64,000 nt of DNA from Eledone cirrhosa. Taxonomy: Eukaryota. The position numbers and the translations under genes are program-made. Location: NCBI GenBank assembly GCA_964016885.1, contig OZ024745.1, forward strand, positions 66,278,001-66,342,000, in the 5' to 3' direction. Shown here in pieces: positions 46,561-61,660 of the stretch; the first letter of the stretch is position 1, and the number at the start of each line of letters is the position of its first letter. The notes below the pieces were generated by a model. It did no database searches, was not told the origin of the DNA, and was given only the letters and a program-made list of their open reading frames with translations.

Positions 46561-48180
46561 TTAGCTGTATACTTTGTGAAAAGTCTTATGGAATTTATGC
46601 AAGCAGATAGAAAACAAATCTGTACGTCTATTTATTATAGAATCTAGATTAGAGATAATGGTAAATTTTTCATTTAGGCAGAGATTACAGATTTTAGATA
46701 GAGAGCTGTTCAAGTATGAAGACGCAGAAGAAACCTTCTTCCAAAAGATGGTATATTTAATGTTTTTGTGTTTCAAGGACCATATGAGTTCTGAGAGAGC
46801 CGTGTTGGTTCTTTTAAGTTTGTATTTAAAAGATGAATGATGATCATAGAGACGAGCTTTAAAAGAGGTGGAAGTGGAGCCAAAATAGGTGAAGGAATTG
46901 GTGCTAGTTATAACTTTACATTCATAAATTAAGTTTTTATCAAGACAATGGTTGTTGAGAGGACATTTATTTTTAATGCGGCAGTTGCAATTAGAGAGAT
47001 TATTAATGAGTGACCTAGTGTTATCTATAGAAGGAATTGAATTGGAGAAGTTGTTTGCGATAGGAATAATAGTTTCTTGATTTAGAGTTGGATTATGAAC
47101 ATTTAGCGAAGTTGTGTTTGACGTTGTATTTGGGTTTACAGAAATTAGCCTAGGGTTTACAATGACGTCGGGAGTACTATTTCTGTTATTATGAAATTCA
47201 GTGTTGGAAGGAAGAGATTTAGTATTTAGTATTTTATTGTTGTGTTTAGAGATAATGTTGGAAATATTGGAGGATGTAGAATAAGAAAATTTTATGGTGT
47301 GTTTGTTAAATATTTTACTATAGATATGTGAGGGAGGGAAGCATTTATTTAAGGCACTAAAGAATAATTTATGAATATTGTTATTAATAGAGATGGAGAA
47401 AGGAGCATTATACCAGATTATGTTTTTGTATCTAGGTCTTTTATTAAAGTTATTGGAATGATCATGATTAATTATTCTACTGTAAGTTTTTCTAGAATTT
47501 GTTTCTTTACTATATTTGATTTTATCAGGATAGCCGGCTTTAGAAAGAGCGTTATTATAGTAATTGGCGTTAGCATCAAAGATGTTTTTATTAGAAGATA
47601 TGTTAGATATTCTTTTTCCAATATTACTAACTATAGCATTCTTGATATTGGTAGGATGGTTAGATTTAAAGTTAACATAATTTAGGTTCTCATTGTTTTT
47701 ATGGTAAGGGTAATATAGGCCAGTGTCAAGATTAAGAGATACATCCAAGAAATTAGCTAGTTTGATACTGTTATCAAATTCAATTTTTAGGTTATGTTGG
47801 TTAAAGAGATTACGTATATTGTTCTTAATAATATTAAGGTTAACTATATTGCAATTTAAGATAGTAAAGAGTCCATCGTCACGATAAATTCCTCCGCGAA
47901 GTTGAGGAATTTTCCGACTCAAAGAGTTCAAAATAAAGATACCAATTAAATCAGTCAATTGGGATGAATCGGATGCTCCCATTGTGATGTCGAAGTTGTT
48001 AGAGGTATCGGCTCTGGTCCAATATTCGTTGTTGAACTCTAGGATGGTTTTACGTGCGGTGAGGATGATGTGAAGTTCATCTGTGGTGATGTCAGAATAT
48101 TTAAGTGCGAAAGATAGAGCATTATTGAGAAGTGAAGGCGAAATGGAGGAATAGTAGCTGGCAATATCAAATTGAATAAA
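46561..48180 (-). CDS. Hydra-like PLE RT plus GIY-YIG (truncated)
   Basis: IQFDIASYYSSI, MGASDSSQL, IYRDDGL, NFLDV, CNCR...CPL...C, NLIY..YFG, CNLCLNE. The first ~50 aa of the called ORF come from the inverted pLTR. Confidence 0.9.
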   Translation of the reverse strand, partial: FIQFDIASYYSSISPSLLNNALSFALKYSDITTDELHIILTARKTILEFNNEYWTRADTSNNFDITMGASDSSQLTDLIGIFILNSLSRKIPQLRGGIYRDDGLFTILNCNIVNLNIIKNNIRNLFNQHNLKIEFDNSIKLANFLDVSLNLDTGLYYPYHKNNENLNYVNFKSNHPTNIKNAIVSNIGKRISNISSNKNIFDANANYYNNALSKAGYPDKIKYSKETNSRKTYSRIINHDHSNNFNKRPRYKNIIWYNAPFSISINNNIHKLFFSALNKCFPPSHIYSKIFNKHTIKFSYSTSSNISNIISKHNNKILNTKSLPSNTEFHNNRNSTPDVIVNPRLISVNPNTTSNTTSLNVHNPTLNQETIIPIANNFSNSIPSIDNTRSLINNLSNCNCRIKNKCPLNNHCLDKNLIYECKVITSTNSFTYFGSTSTSFKARLYDHHSSFKYKLKRTNTALSELIWSLKHKNIKYTIFWKKVSSASSYLNSSLSKICNLCLNEKFTIISNLDSIINRRTDLFSICLHKFHKTFHKVYS

Positions 48181-48459
48181 TTCTTTTAATTTATACATTA
48201 TCTTCCAACGGTTTTCAACCTCTCTATGTAAAGCAATATATCTTTTCTCAGTTATAAAAACTATCTCTTTCTCTCTATCACCCATCTCTCCCTCTCCACC
48301 TTCACTCTCATCTCCTCCCCTTTTTTTCATCCTTTCAACCCCCCCTCTCTAAACAAAATATTTTCCCAATATCACACATCAATCTAAAATTACTTTTCAT
48401 ATGTTGATTTAAAACTGCTCTATCCACAAGTGTTTTTTAGCCTTCATATCATGTCCTCC

Positions 48460-48530
48460 TGTTTTATCTGATGAAAACACAAATATTATTGCATGATGAT
48501 GTTTGTTTTTGAAATGCGCATAATAAAATA
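48460..48530 (+). ncRNA. Type-I hammerhead ribozyme with long stem II
   Basis: tgttttat / CTGATGA / aaaca-caaatattatt-gcat-gatgatgtttg-ttttt / GAAA / tgcgca palindrome / TA / ataaaata. Confidence 0.8.
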
Positions 48531-48841
48531 CATGGAACTCCTTTAACCATCTTTTGATCTAATATATTATGTATACTCCAGTCCTACAAACTGTAGAGTG
48601 CTTCTTATCCGATATCTGCATTGCTTTATTGTACTACAATAAAACTCACCTCCTACATTATACATACATATATATATATATATGTATATATACACAAATA
48701 TATATACAAACATACACATACATACATGTACATATACACATATATACACACATACACACATACATATATATATATATACACACATATATATATACAAACA
48801 TACACATACATACATGTACATATACACATATATACACACAT

Positions 48842-48884
<43 letters not shown>

Positions 48885-48911
48885 GACATACAAACATACA
48901 CACATCCATAC

Positions 48912-48943
<32 letters not shown>

Positions 48944-49089
48944 CCACATACATATATACCCACACGTACATACATCCATACATCCCTACACACATATATG
49001 TGTGTGTCTCACCGTTTACTCAGATATTCATGTGTATACATAAGAAGAGGGGGGGGTAGTGAAATGGAATTTTACCTCCGAGTGTTAAT

Positions 49090-51419
49090 TCATTTTTTCG
49101 TGTTCAGTAGTGGTTTAAATTTTTCAATGAAGAATTCTTCTTTATATCTGCGGAAATGTTCGTTATCCGACCATATCTTGAAGAAAGGGAAGATTGTGAA
49201 TTTTCCCTTCCCGCATGATGCAAAGTGTGCGCTACATGTGGTATTTCTGACTGTGGGGTCTTTAATTTGTTGTTTATGTACCCGGACTCTATCATGTAAT
49301 CCCGTTCCGGTTTCCCCAATGTAATACTCTTTACACTGTGGACATGTTGCGCAATATATTAGGTTTTTCGTTTTGCAGTTCATGTTAGCATTGACCTTGA
49401 AATTATCATGGTTTTTGAAGGACAACTGTTTGCCCTCTTCGATGAGTTCACAGGTTCCACGTCTAGGGTCCCGCATTTCGTCACTTGCATTGATTCCATG
49501 TTGGTCGTAAATTTTGCCTTGGTAATTAGTTTTTTAAGGTTGGGTGCTTGGCGTCTGCTATAAATTATCTGTGTGTTTTTTAAGAGTGCATTCATTTTGG
49601 TAGATTGCTGTAGAATCGGGAGATACTGCTTAGCAGTTTTCACAATGTTGATGTTCCCTGGGTTGTGAGTGATGACAAAAGAGATAGCAGGGTTTTCTTT
49701 TTTATGTTGTGGGTTTGGTTTTCTCAGTGTTGTTATTGGGATGTTCTTAGTCTTGGAGATGGCTGCGTTGATGAGTTTCATCGGGTATTCTTGTTTTTTA
49801 AGGAATTTTTTCAGGTCACATAATCTTTTTTCTTGTAGTACGGGGTGTGTTGCTATAGTGCAGATGCGCCTTGCCATGTTGAAGGGAATGTTCCTTTTCG
49901 TATGTGAGGGGTGTGCTGACCGGAAATTTAAGTATTGGTGTGTGTCAGTGGGTTTGCAAAATAGGTCCGTTATGATATTTTCCCCTTCTTTGATGATGAG
50001 GATATCTAGAAAGGGCAGTTCCTTTTCGTTACATTCCATAGTGAATTGTATAGCTTCATGAAGCCTGTTTAGGATCGAATAAAATTTTTGTAGGTCTGTT
50101 TGGCTTCTGTTCCAGAAGATGAAGCAGTCATCTAGGTAACGTTTCCAGTTTTTATTAATGTAGAAGGCGAAGTCGTGACTGAATGTTATCTGTAGTTGGG
50201 AATATAATTTTGCCTCTAAGTGACCCATAACGAGCGTTGCATATGTAGGGGCCACTTTGGTACCCATGGCTGTTCCTTTTATTTGTAGATAAAGTTCGTT
50301 GTCCAAGAGGAAGTGGTTGTTTTCCAATACTAATTTAAGTCCTTCCAAGATGAATTCTTTGGGGAATCTTTCTGAAATGTGACTTGAGTGTTTTGTAATC
50401 CAGAAGTCCACAGCTTCAATCCCTAGGTCGTGTGGGATGTTAGTGTACAGGCTTATTACATCAAAACTGACTAGGGTTGTATCCTGGTGTACTTTTTGGG
50501 GGATATAGTTAAGGAATTCCATATCATCTCTGATGTAGCTTGGAACTTTTTTACATAGGGGTTTGAGTATGATGTCTAATAGGTTGCTTAGACGTTGTGT
50601 GCTTGAGGCTGGGCCAGCAATAATGGGGCGTAATTTTAAGTCTGTCGGTTTTGGTGCTTCGATGTATGATGTATTTTTCCCTTTTATGTTGTTTTGGATT
50701 TCTATGGATTTGTGAATTTTTGGTAATCCATAGAAATTGCTGGTTTTCATTTCGAAGTTGGTTAGGTAATCTACTTCTTTTGGTGTTAGGTTGTTTTGGT
50801 ACTTTGTTGTTAGTTTGCATATTTGGTTTCTCGATTTCTTTTCTTCGTTTTTAGTGATTTTCCTGTAGAAGTTTTCGTCATTCAAGTGTGCTAGGACCAT
50901 ATCTTTGTAGTGGTTTGTGTCCATGATGACGATTGCTCCACCTTTGTCCGCTTCTTTTATTATTATTGAGGAATCTCTTTGTAGCTTGTTCAATGCTAGT
51001 AGTTGGTCTGTAGGGATGTTGCATTTGTGTCTCGTCTCGGCCGTATTTGTACGTGCTGATCGGCGAAGGCAGGTTATGTATTCCTCCAGGTATTTATCTC
51101 TATTTAGCGGGGGTGTGAAGTTCTTTTTGTTTTTCACCAGTGATTCTTCCTCGTATTGTACACCCTGGAAGAATTCTCCTAAGCGTAATTTTCGACAGTA
51201 TTCTTCTGTGTCTTTTATAACATCGGCTGTATCTGCTTTCGGAGTGGGAGTGAACTTCAGTCCATTTTCTAACAGTTGTATTTCTGGTTGTGTTAATTTC
51301 TTGGCTGATATATTGATTATTTTTGGTTCGATTGGTTCTTTCTCGTCAGGTGCCACTTGAAAGGTGGTGCTTTTTTCTTTTTTTCTTTCATTTGGTGCGA
51401 GGACCCTAGTCCTAAAAAA
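49090..51419 (-). pseudogene. Neptune-like PLE ORF2 (RT plus GIY-YIG), one frameshift near 49470
   Basis: GLKFTP, KEADKGG, FYGLPKIHK, RPII, SFDVISLYTNI, GTAMGT, RYLDD; NCKTKNLIY..C..C..YIGETG in the next frame (49090-49476). Confidence 0.93.
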
Positions 51420-52531
51420 TGGGTGCCATTTGGGATAGGGGTGTTTCTGTTGTGGTGAAACCTTTGGCCCGCCGGAACTTCATGTCGGTAACTGGTTGGG
51501 CGATAGACTCTTGCGTGGCCGTTGCTGTATGGGGGTCTGGTTCTTCTGTTGATTCGTTCAGTATTCATGTGTCTTTGATTTTGTCTCCGGTGATTGTTCT
51601 TGGTGTTATGGCAGTGGTTGTATCTGGTTCTGGTGTTGAGTATTGGGGCTGTATGTAGTTGTGTGTTTGGGGTTACCCAATATCTGGTTGTTGTTGGTTT
51701 ATTGTGTGTGGGTGCTTCATTTCTTGTGTTGTTGTATTTTCCTGAGTTCTGGGGTTTCCTATGGGTTTGTTTTCTGGGTTTTATTTGGTCTTTCCCATAG
51801 TTATCTTCATATTCTTGAAGCCATTGAGTTCTTGACTCCAAGATTTTCTTTGATTTTAACTCCTCTCTAGTTGTATCTGTCTGCCATAGGTTAAGGAGTT
51901 TTTCACGTACATTGCCGCTGCTTCTTTTGTTTATTTCCTCTTGGATGGTGGTGTCGCATTTTTCAAATTTCTCTTTGAATTTTGGCACTCTTAGGCGGAG
52001 TAGGGTGATTTCGGTCTCAAGTGTTTGGAGTGCTAGATTTAGTCTTGTTGCAGTTTCTTCCTTTGATTCCGATGGTATTTCTTTAATTCGGAATTTTCTC
52101 GGGAGGATAACTGGTTCCTTGCTACGCCATATTTCGTATGTGTCTGCTAGGTTTTCACTCCTCAAGGCTTTCCAGTATGCCTGTTTCCTTTGATTTAATA
52201 ATGGGTTCCAAATGTTTTTCATTTGGTTTCTTTTTCTGTAGGCTTCTTTTTCTAGGTTCAGTTCATTCCATTCTTTGAATGCATTATTGGTGATGGAGTT
52301 CTGTTCATGTGTAGCTATTTAAGGAGAAGAGGTTTGTTCTTGTTTTTGCCGGTCTGTAATTAGTGAATCAAGTTTTTCCCTATAGCTGCGTGTTTGTTGT
52401 TCCATTTCTAGTACGGCATTCGTAAGGGAATCATATTTATCTATTATTATGGTGAGTTTTTCTGATATTTCCTGTAGTAGTGTATCCGATTTGAGGGATT
52501 CAGTAGAGGATTTTGAACGTGTGTTAGCCAT
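51317..52531 (-). pseudogene. Upstream ORF1 of the Neptune-like PLE (~404 codons, helical/coiled-coil-like then basic), one in-frame TAA at 52319-21
   Basis: MANTRSKS... reads in frame through the single stop into ORF 51317-52222. Confidence 0.7.
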
Positions 52532-52715
52532 TCTGTCTTGTACAAGGGGATAGAATATTGGAAAATGTGTGTAATCCTTGGTACAGTTAGGTATATTAAG
52601 ACAGGGGGGAAGAAAAAATGGCTTCACTTGTGCTTTCAACAAATTTATTTTCTTCACAAAATCCAAAAAGAATTTTTCTTAAAAAAATTATTTTATAAAT
52701 TAAGTTGTTGGTTGT

Positions 52716-52782
<67 letters not shown>

Positions 52783-52907
52783 ATATATATATATATCTAT
52801 ATATATGTATATATATATATATGTATATATATGTATATATATATATATATGTATATATATATGTATATATATATGTATATATATATGTATATATATATAT
52901 GTATATA

Positions 52908-52978
<71 letters not shown>

Positions 52979-53015
52979 ATATATATATGTATATATATGT
53001 ATATATATGTATATA

Positions 53016-54010
53016 TCTTCATCATCTATATTAATGACATCACTGACATCATCAAACACAGCAACATTAGAATTTTCGCTGATGATTCCAAGCTCCAGAA
53101 GGTCATCAATGGCGTGGATGACCGGATAAGCCTTCAGTCAGACCTACTAGCTGTTACCCAATGGGCGGAAAAAACGACATGTTACTGAACGAAGACAAAT
53201 TCGAACTGATCCACTTTGGAAAAGAGGATGCTCTGAAACTCCCGTACTCCCTTCCCTCCGGTGAAACTCTCGTGGCATCTAACAACATCAGAGACTTTGG
53301 AGTAACTGTGGACAGCAACATAAGCTGGGCCACGCATATAAGCAGCAAAGTTGACATGGCCCGCAGAATGTTTCCTGGATCCTCAGAACCTTCCAGTCGA
53401 GAGATTCCCACACCATTATCCTTCTCTTCTCCACTTTTGCCCGACCACACCTTGAATACTGTTGTCCACTGTGGGCTCCCCACACGAAACAAAGTATCAT
53501 GAAACTTGAAGCTCCCCAAAGGGCAATCAAGAAAAAGATAGATGGCATGTCAGACCTTGACTACTGGGCTCGACTAGAAAAGCTGAAACTTTACTCACTC
53601 CAACGTCGCTGTGAGAGTTTTATTATCTGCATGATGTGGAAAATGTTTCATCAGCACTGCCAAAATGATGTTGGCATCACCTTCAAAATACACCAAAGGC
53701 TTGGGCCCCGTGCTATCCGTCTCAAACAAAAATATAAATCGCAACTCATAACAACAATACGGCACAATTATTTCACCTCAATTGGCCCTGTTCTCTTCAA
53801 CATCACACCAGGACACGTCAAAACAGAAACTGACCACACAAAATTCAAGAAGTCTTTGGACAAATTCCTCCAAGTAATCCCGGACAAACCACCCACACCC
53901 GGATATGTCTCCGCAAACAGTAATTCCCTTCTCGAATGGGCCACGGTAACCGAATCCTGAATTGAAATGCTTCGCCAAGTGGCCAAACATTTCAAAGTTA
54001 TTCAAAGTTA
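53016..54010 (+). mobile_element. 5'-truncated copy of the 41113-44985 LINE family
   Basis: Near-identical to the reverse complement of ~41113-42145, small frameshift near 53370, same ttcaaagtta tail, TA flanks. Confidence 0.93.
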
Positions 54011-54295
54011 TATATATATATGTATATATACATATATTTATACACATATATATATAAGTATCTATATATACATATATATATAAATATATATATATACATA
54101 TATATATAAATATATATATATACATATATATATAAATATATATATATACATATATATATATACATATATATATATACATATATATATACATATATATATA
54201 CATATATATATATACATATATATATACATATATATATATACATATATATATATACATATATATATACATATATATATATACATATATATATACAT

Positions 54296-54720
54296 AGAAA
54301 GATTTGAATGGATACAGTTTAGTTGAAAGGAATTTATTGACACGTGTTTCTATAACAGTTACATAACCTAAAACAGCTATCTACAAACTTTTAGTTATGC
54401 AGACATTCAATATTTCAATGTTATTATTTACTGTCATTTCATCAGAATAATATTACTGAGGACCTATTTAGTTTTTATAGAGAATATTAGGAGGGAGAGG
54501 TGAAGTTGTTAGAAGAATAGTTGAAGGAGTGGTTTTTCGATAGCAGTGAGAATTCTTGGTGGCAGTGAGTAATTAGATTCCCATCTGTTGTTTTGACATT
54601 TTTTATAGAATATATTATTGGTTATTTTTCTAAATCTATAGAAGGATTAGAGATAGTAAAGATATGCGTGGTTGGTTTTGTGTTTGCACTTAATTAACAT
54701 TCAGACTTAAATTTTTCTTT
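54296..54720 (-). mobile_element. Non-coding PLE-type 3' end (solo pseudo-LTR)
   Basis: Hammerhead ~40 nt from the TA junction; no ORF. Confidence 0.55.
54334..54450 (-). ncRNA. Type-I hammerhead with branched stem II
   Basis: ttatt / CTGATGA / a-atgacagt...actgttat-a / GAAA / cacgtg palindrome / TC (GUC) / aataa. Confidence 0.75.
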
Positions 54721-55034
54721 CAAGTGTACGTATCCTTTCACCCACGCATTCACACACAAATATATTTGCACACCTCTACAAAATACATATACTCACAATT
54801 CACATATTCATACTTACATATATATACACATGCATACACATATATATACACACATGTATTCATGTACATACATACGCGCTCATGTGTATACATTTTCATA
54901 CTCAACTTATCTTTATATACACACGTATAGACACACACATATATACATACATACTCTAGTCCATGTGTACACACATACACATACATACACATCCATATAC
55001 ACATATATACATACATATATATATATATACATAC

Positions 55035-55103
<69 letters not shown>

Positions 55104-55394
55104 TACACACATATACATATACACACACATACATATATATATATATATAAGCACTTTAATACATGAATACACTTACATCTAACTATACACATCAAACATA
55201 TATATATATTTACTTATTTATATACATTTTCACATATATATACATACTTATGGACGTTTTTAGACACATTCATTATCGCATATTTGTACCTATTCTCATC
55301 AGCATATCTTTTCATTATTAGTATGGTAATTTAAGGTTATTAATATATGTTGAGAAGAGATTGTTTTTATATTTTTCTAACTAGATTAAGGTTT

Positions 55395-57020
<1,626 letters not shown>

Positions 57021-57022
57021 AT

Positions 57023-57885
57023 CATCATCATCATCATCATTTAACGTCCATGTTCCATGCTTGCATGTGTTTGGACGGGAGTTTTCCCACTTGAGGCAAG
57101 AGTGGTTGTCTTGCTCGCATAGGACTGTCTGGCGGGATTTCTACAGCTGGATGCCCTTCCTAACACCAACCACATTTACAGTGTGGGGCTGGGAGGTTTT
57201 TACCGTGTTGCCTACACAATCACATTACAGCGTGGACTATCTGGCGGGTTTTCTACAGCTGGATGCCCTTCCTAACACCAACCACATTTACAGTGTGGGA
57301 CTGGGATGTTTTTACCGTGTTGCCTACACGGCCACATTACAGCGTGGACTGTGTGTTTTTTGTCGTGACACCTACACGATCTCATTTGTTTCGGCCTGGA
57401 TGTTGTGGCGCCAACATAACTTTACATTGAAAGGGGTGGTGTGGATGGGGTGGAGGTGGTGGGATGGGGGTGTATTTTGTTAGAGATGCCTACTTACGTT
57501 AGTAGGTTTTACTTTGTATTTAGGTAAGGCGGGTCTTCTCTATTACTGAGTACCACCAAAGGTCTCGGTCCAGTGACATTGTCTTGGAGAGGTCTAAGTG
57601 TGTGAGGTCGGAATTTATCAGCTCATCCCAGGTTTTTCTGGGTCTGCCTACTCCGTGGCTACCATCTATCTTTATTGCCCTGCACTTTGTTATACAGCTG
57701 TCGTCTTTCATGCGCATCACGTGACCATACCAACGTAGCCTTCTCTCGAGTAAACAACATCTGATCCCTCTTATTTCTAATTTTTTCCTTAGTTCGTTTA
57801 TGCTTTGCCGTTCACGTATATTACTATTACACATCCAGCGGAGCATGCAAGCTTCCTTCCTCTCTAGTCTGCGTATATCCTCTGC
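57023..57885 (-). mobile_element. RTE LINE 3' end, related subfamily
   Basis: ORF 57520-57903 [18 protein letters not shown]; ~110-bp duplication in the 3' UTR; (GAT)n tail. Confidence 0.88.
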
Positions 57886-57933
57886 ACACATATATATATA
57901 CATATATATAGATATATATATACATATATATAC

Positions 57934-57982
<49 letters not shown>

Positions 57983-58015
57983 CATATGTATATACATATG
58001 TATATATATATATAT

Positions 58016-58121
<106 letters not shown>

Positions 58122-58185
58122 CGTAAAATAAGAAAATATTTTTTAAAAAATTTTTAAAAAATTTTTTACTTACTTACTTAAATTT

Positions 58186-58267
58186 ACTCCAACTAATTAG
58201 TTTCTGCAATGGGATAAAGACAGTTACATAATCCAACTGTCGAGAATTCATTGCGTCATCAGGGAGT
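58186..58267 (-). ncRNA. Hammerhead ribozyme, inverted copy
   Basis: Reverse complement of 58852-58933. Confidence 0.82.
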
Positions 58268-58851
58268 CTATTCTCAGCTGAGCCTCCAGGCAATGCGCGG
58301 ACACTGGCGGCTCATATAAAAATAATAATTCGGTAGAAAGAACAGCTAGGCGAGGACTGGATTCTATGTACTGAAATTCTCACTGCTTCCAGTCAAATGG
58401 CCGATTCTAAAGAATCAATCACGTGACATAGAGGCTAGTTAGAAGGAATGGGTTGGTAAGATGACTGACGCCTACTAACACCCCAAAAAAAATTTTGAAG
58501 TGGTTTTGGCAGGTTTGCTCGACAAATCAGTGATTTGGAGATAAATATAGATAATTTAATATATCAACTAACATAGGCGCACAGATGTACGTCCATGCCA
58601 GCAAATACACAGGTTATGTCATAGTACCTTTTTTGGGGTGTTAGTAGGCGTCAGTCATCTTACCAACCCATTCCTTCTAACTAGCCTCTATGTCACGTGA
58701 TTGATTCTTTAGAATCGGCCATTTGACTGGAAGCAGTGAGAATTTCAGTACATAGAATCCAGTCCTCGCCTAGCTGTTCTTTCTACCGAATTATTATTTT
58801 TATATGAGCCGCCAGTGTCCGCGCATTGCCTGGAGGCTCAGCTGAGAATAG

Positions 58852-58933
58852 ACTCCCTGATGACGCAATGAATTCTCGACAGTTGGATTATGTAACTGTC
58901 TTTATCCCATTGCAGAAACTAATTAGTTGGAGT
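58852..58933 (+). ncRNA. Type-I hammerhead ribozyme
   Basis: actcc / CTGATGA / c-gcaatg..gacagtt..aactgtc..cattgc-a / GAAA / ctaattag palindrome / TT / ggagt. Confidence 0.85.
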
Positions 58934-59410
58934 AAATTTAAGTAAGTAAGTAAAAAAATTTTTAAAAATTTTTTTAAAAATATTTTCTTATTTTACGTCT
59001 TTTATATTATTGTTCTGCACCCTCCTGCATTGAACCACCTAGGTACTATGACATAACCTGTGTATTTGCTGGCATGGACGTACATCTGTGCGCCTATGTT
59101 AGTTGATATATTAAATTATCTATATTTATCTCCAAATCACTGATTTGTCGAGCAAACCTGCCAAAACCACTTCAAAATTTTTTTTTGGTTTTTGGGGTGT
59201 TAGTAGGCGTCAGTCATCTTACCAACCCATTCCTTCTAACTAGCCTCTATGTCACGTGATTGATTCTTTAGAATCGGCCATTTGACTGGAAGCAGTGAGA
59301 ATTTCAGTACATAGAATCCAGTCCTCGCCTAGCTGTTCTTTCTACCGAATTATTATTTTTATATGAGCCGCCAGTGTCCGCGCATTGCCTGGAGGCTCAG
59401 CTGAGAATAG

Positions 59411-59492
59411 ACTCCCTGATGACGCAATGAATTCTCGACAGTTGGATTATGTAACTGTCTTTATCCCATTGCAGAAACTAATTAGTTGGAGT
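59411..59492 (+). ncRNA. Type-I hammerhead ribozyme, second tandem copy
   Basis: Same as 58852-58933. Confidence 0.85.
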
Positions 59493-59677
59493 AAATTTAA
59501 GTAAGTAAGTAAAAAATTTTTTAAAAATTTTTTAAAAAATATTTTCTTATTTTACGTCTTTTATATTATTGTTCTGCACCCTCCTGCATTGAACCACCTA
59601 GGTACTATGACATAACCTGTGTATTTGCTGGCATGGACGTACATCTGTGCGCCTATGTTAGTTGATATATTAAATTA

Positions 59678-59713
<36 letters not shown>

Positions 59714-60569
59714 AGATATGTTACAAAATAAGTCATCTGGGACATTTCTATGGCACAAGATTACAACATAACTTGGAAAGATTGTAAATTCAAAATGAAT
59801 CCTTTCAAATAAATATTATTCACTATTTTCTAAATAATGAATAAATAGCTTTAATTTGATGAAAAGTATTATTAGGATAATATTCAAAAAGGTTTTTTGT
59901 GACTATATTCTGTTCCATTGAGGCTGATATTAAATATTAAATACTGGAAATTTTCTGACAAATAAAATAAATTAACATGATAGAGAATGAAAATATAAAC
60001 ATGAAATTTCCAGTGTCTAACAAATTGAACACAACCAGAGTTACATCAAAGTAGCACGCATACTACAGACACCCAATATAACTCACTCAATCAAGAACCT
60101 CATTTAATATTAGCAAGAACTCATATGATCATAGGAAGTATAACTGTGTTTCAATGAAGGTTCTCAAATTTTTGTGGACCCAAGTTACCAAACATAGATT
60201 TCATCATCATCCTGCAGACTTGGCCAAAATCAGTAGACTCAATGATAGATCTCCACATGGGTCTGCCACTCATGGCAGTAGCTTGTTCCTGAATGTAAAC
60301 ACCCACATCCTTGGCTATGACATCTGGATATGCAAGCTTGCTGTGAGACCCTTGTCGTGAGGCAGATGCAGGTTTTCAAAGCCCAAAATAGTATGCAGCT
60401 TCATTTGAGGCCTAATGACAATGGCCAGCAAACCCCACCCTCCTTCTACATCAGTTATATGTGGCAGACCTTTATATATCCCTCGGAGAGTCTTGTGGTC
60501 CCTCCAGGTTATATTTCGAAAATGTCTGAGAAGTGATGTATTGGCTCCATCAAGACATCTGTGTTGCTT

Positions 60570-61660
60570 GCCTGATAGTTACTTGGAAGAGCCTGATGTT
60601 GGAGGAGTTAAGAAGACAGGTGTATGAAGACAAATATTTACCATGTAAGTTGACCATGCTTGGGCTTTTCTGGTGGCAAAATTATTCCCAGATTCCATGA
60701 TCTAGGACCCAAGGTGCTTAGTCTTTGGCCTTTTTAATAGTACTGCCATCTTCAGCTTTGAGGATAAATTCATATGAAGAGTTAGAGATGTAGTCTGTCT
60801 TGCTTTCATTAAGGTGAAAGCCAATGAGGCAACTTGCTTCTTGAACTGAAATAAGTTGATGCTGGGCATTCTCCATGCAGTCTGCTAAAAGAGAAATATC
60901 ATCAGCATAGTTGAGATCTGTGAGATGAGTTGAGGGGTGTTAGAAACTCATTTGAGGTTTGATTGCAATGCCTTTATCATTGATTGTGTCCAACGAGAGT
61001 TTTAGGGCAGGCATAGTCTCAAGCAATCACAAATAGGTATGAGGCAACTATGTCACCTTATAACACTCCTGCAAAGATTTCAAAGAAATCGGTTGAACTG
61101 TCAAGTGTAATAATAGTGGCATTACTGCTCTCATAACAATCTTGTTAGGTATGCCATACAGTGAGAGAATTCCAAAGAGAATATCTCCGTTTATGCTGTA
61201 ATAATAGTGGCATTACTTCTCTCATAACAATCTTGTTAGGTATGCCATACAGTGAGAGAATTCCAAAGAGAATATCTCCGTTTATGCTGTCAAAAGCCTT
61301 TTTAATACCAACAAAAACAAGAGGCATTTCTTTGTTTGATTTTCTGATCTTCTCAACAATCATTCATAGTGATAGAATCTGTGCAAGAGTGAACCCTCCA
61401 TGTCTAAAACCATTCAGATTGATGTAATAAATTTTATCTACAAAAGGTACAACACACTTTAGATTAAATTTGTTGTATACTTTAGCAGCAATAGGCATCA
61501 GTGAGATTCTGCAGTAATTTTTGGGTGATGAAAGGTCACCTTTCTTAGGAATTAAAATTATGCTACTTTTAAGCCACCTTGAGGGTGGAGAAAGATTATC
61601 ACATATTTAATTGCACATTAATAAAAATTAAAAAAATGATGCTACGTTAGGATCCTTCCA
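60570..61660 (-). pseudogene. Decayed non-LTR (RTE-like) RT
   Basis: KAFDSIN, LTDLNYADDISLL, PKKGDLS..NY motifs with stops; ~90-bp internal duplication at 61110-61290. Confidence 0.75.

Noticed and set aside
48181-48330. N-terminus MKKRGGDESEGG... of the 589-aa ORF, and ORF 45765-46022
   Set aside because: Antisense read-through of the pseudo-LTR, in frame by chance.
52319-52321. In-frame stop as programmed recoding (selenocysteine, as in some Naiad PLEs)
   Set aside because: It is TAA, not TGA, and single; most simply a point mutation.
52620-52660. GTGAAGA...GAAA upstream of the PLE ORF1 (minus)
   Set aside because: Core starts with G and no convincing stem I or cleavage triplet.
55249-55316. 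Minus-strand CTGATGA...AAAACGTC hammerhead-like motif
   Set aside because: GAAA is AAAA, stem I is only 4 bp and stem II is offset; at best a dead copy.
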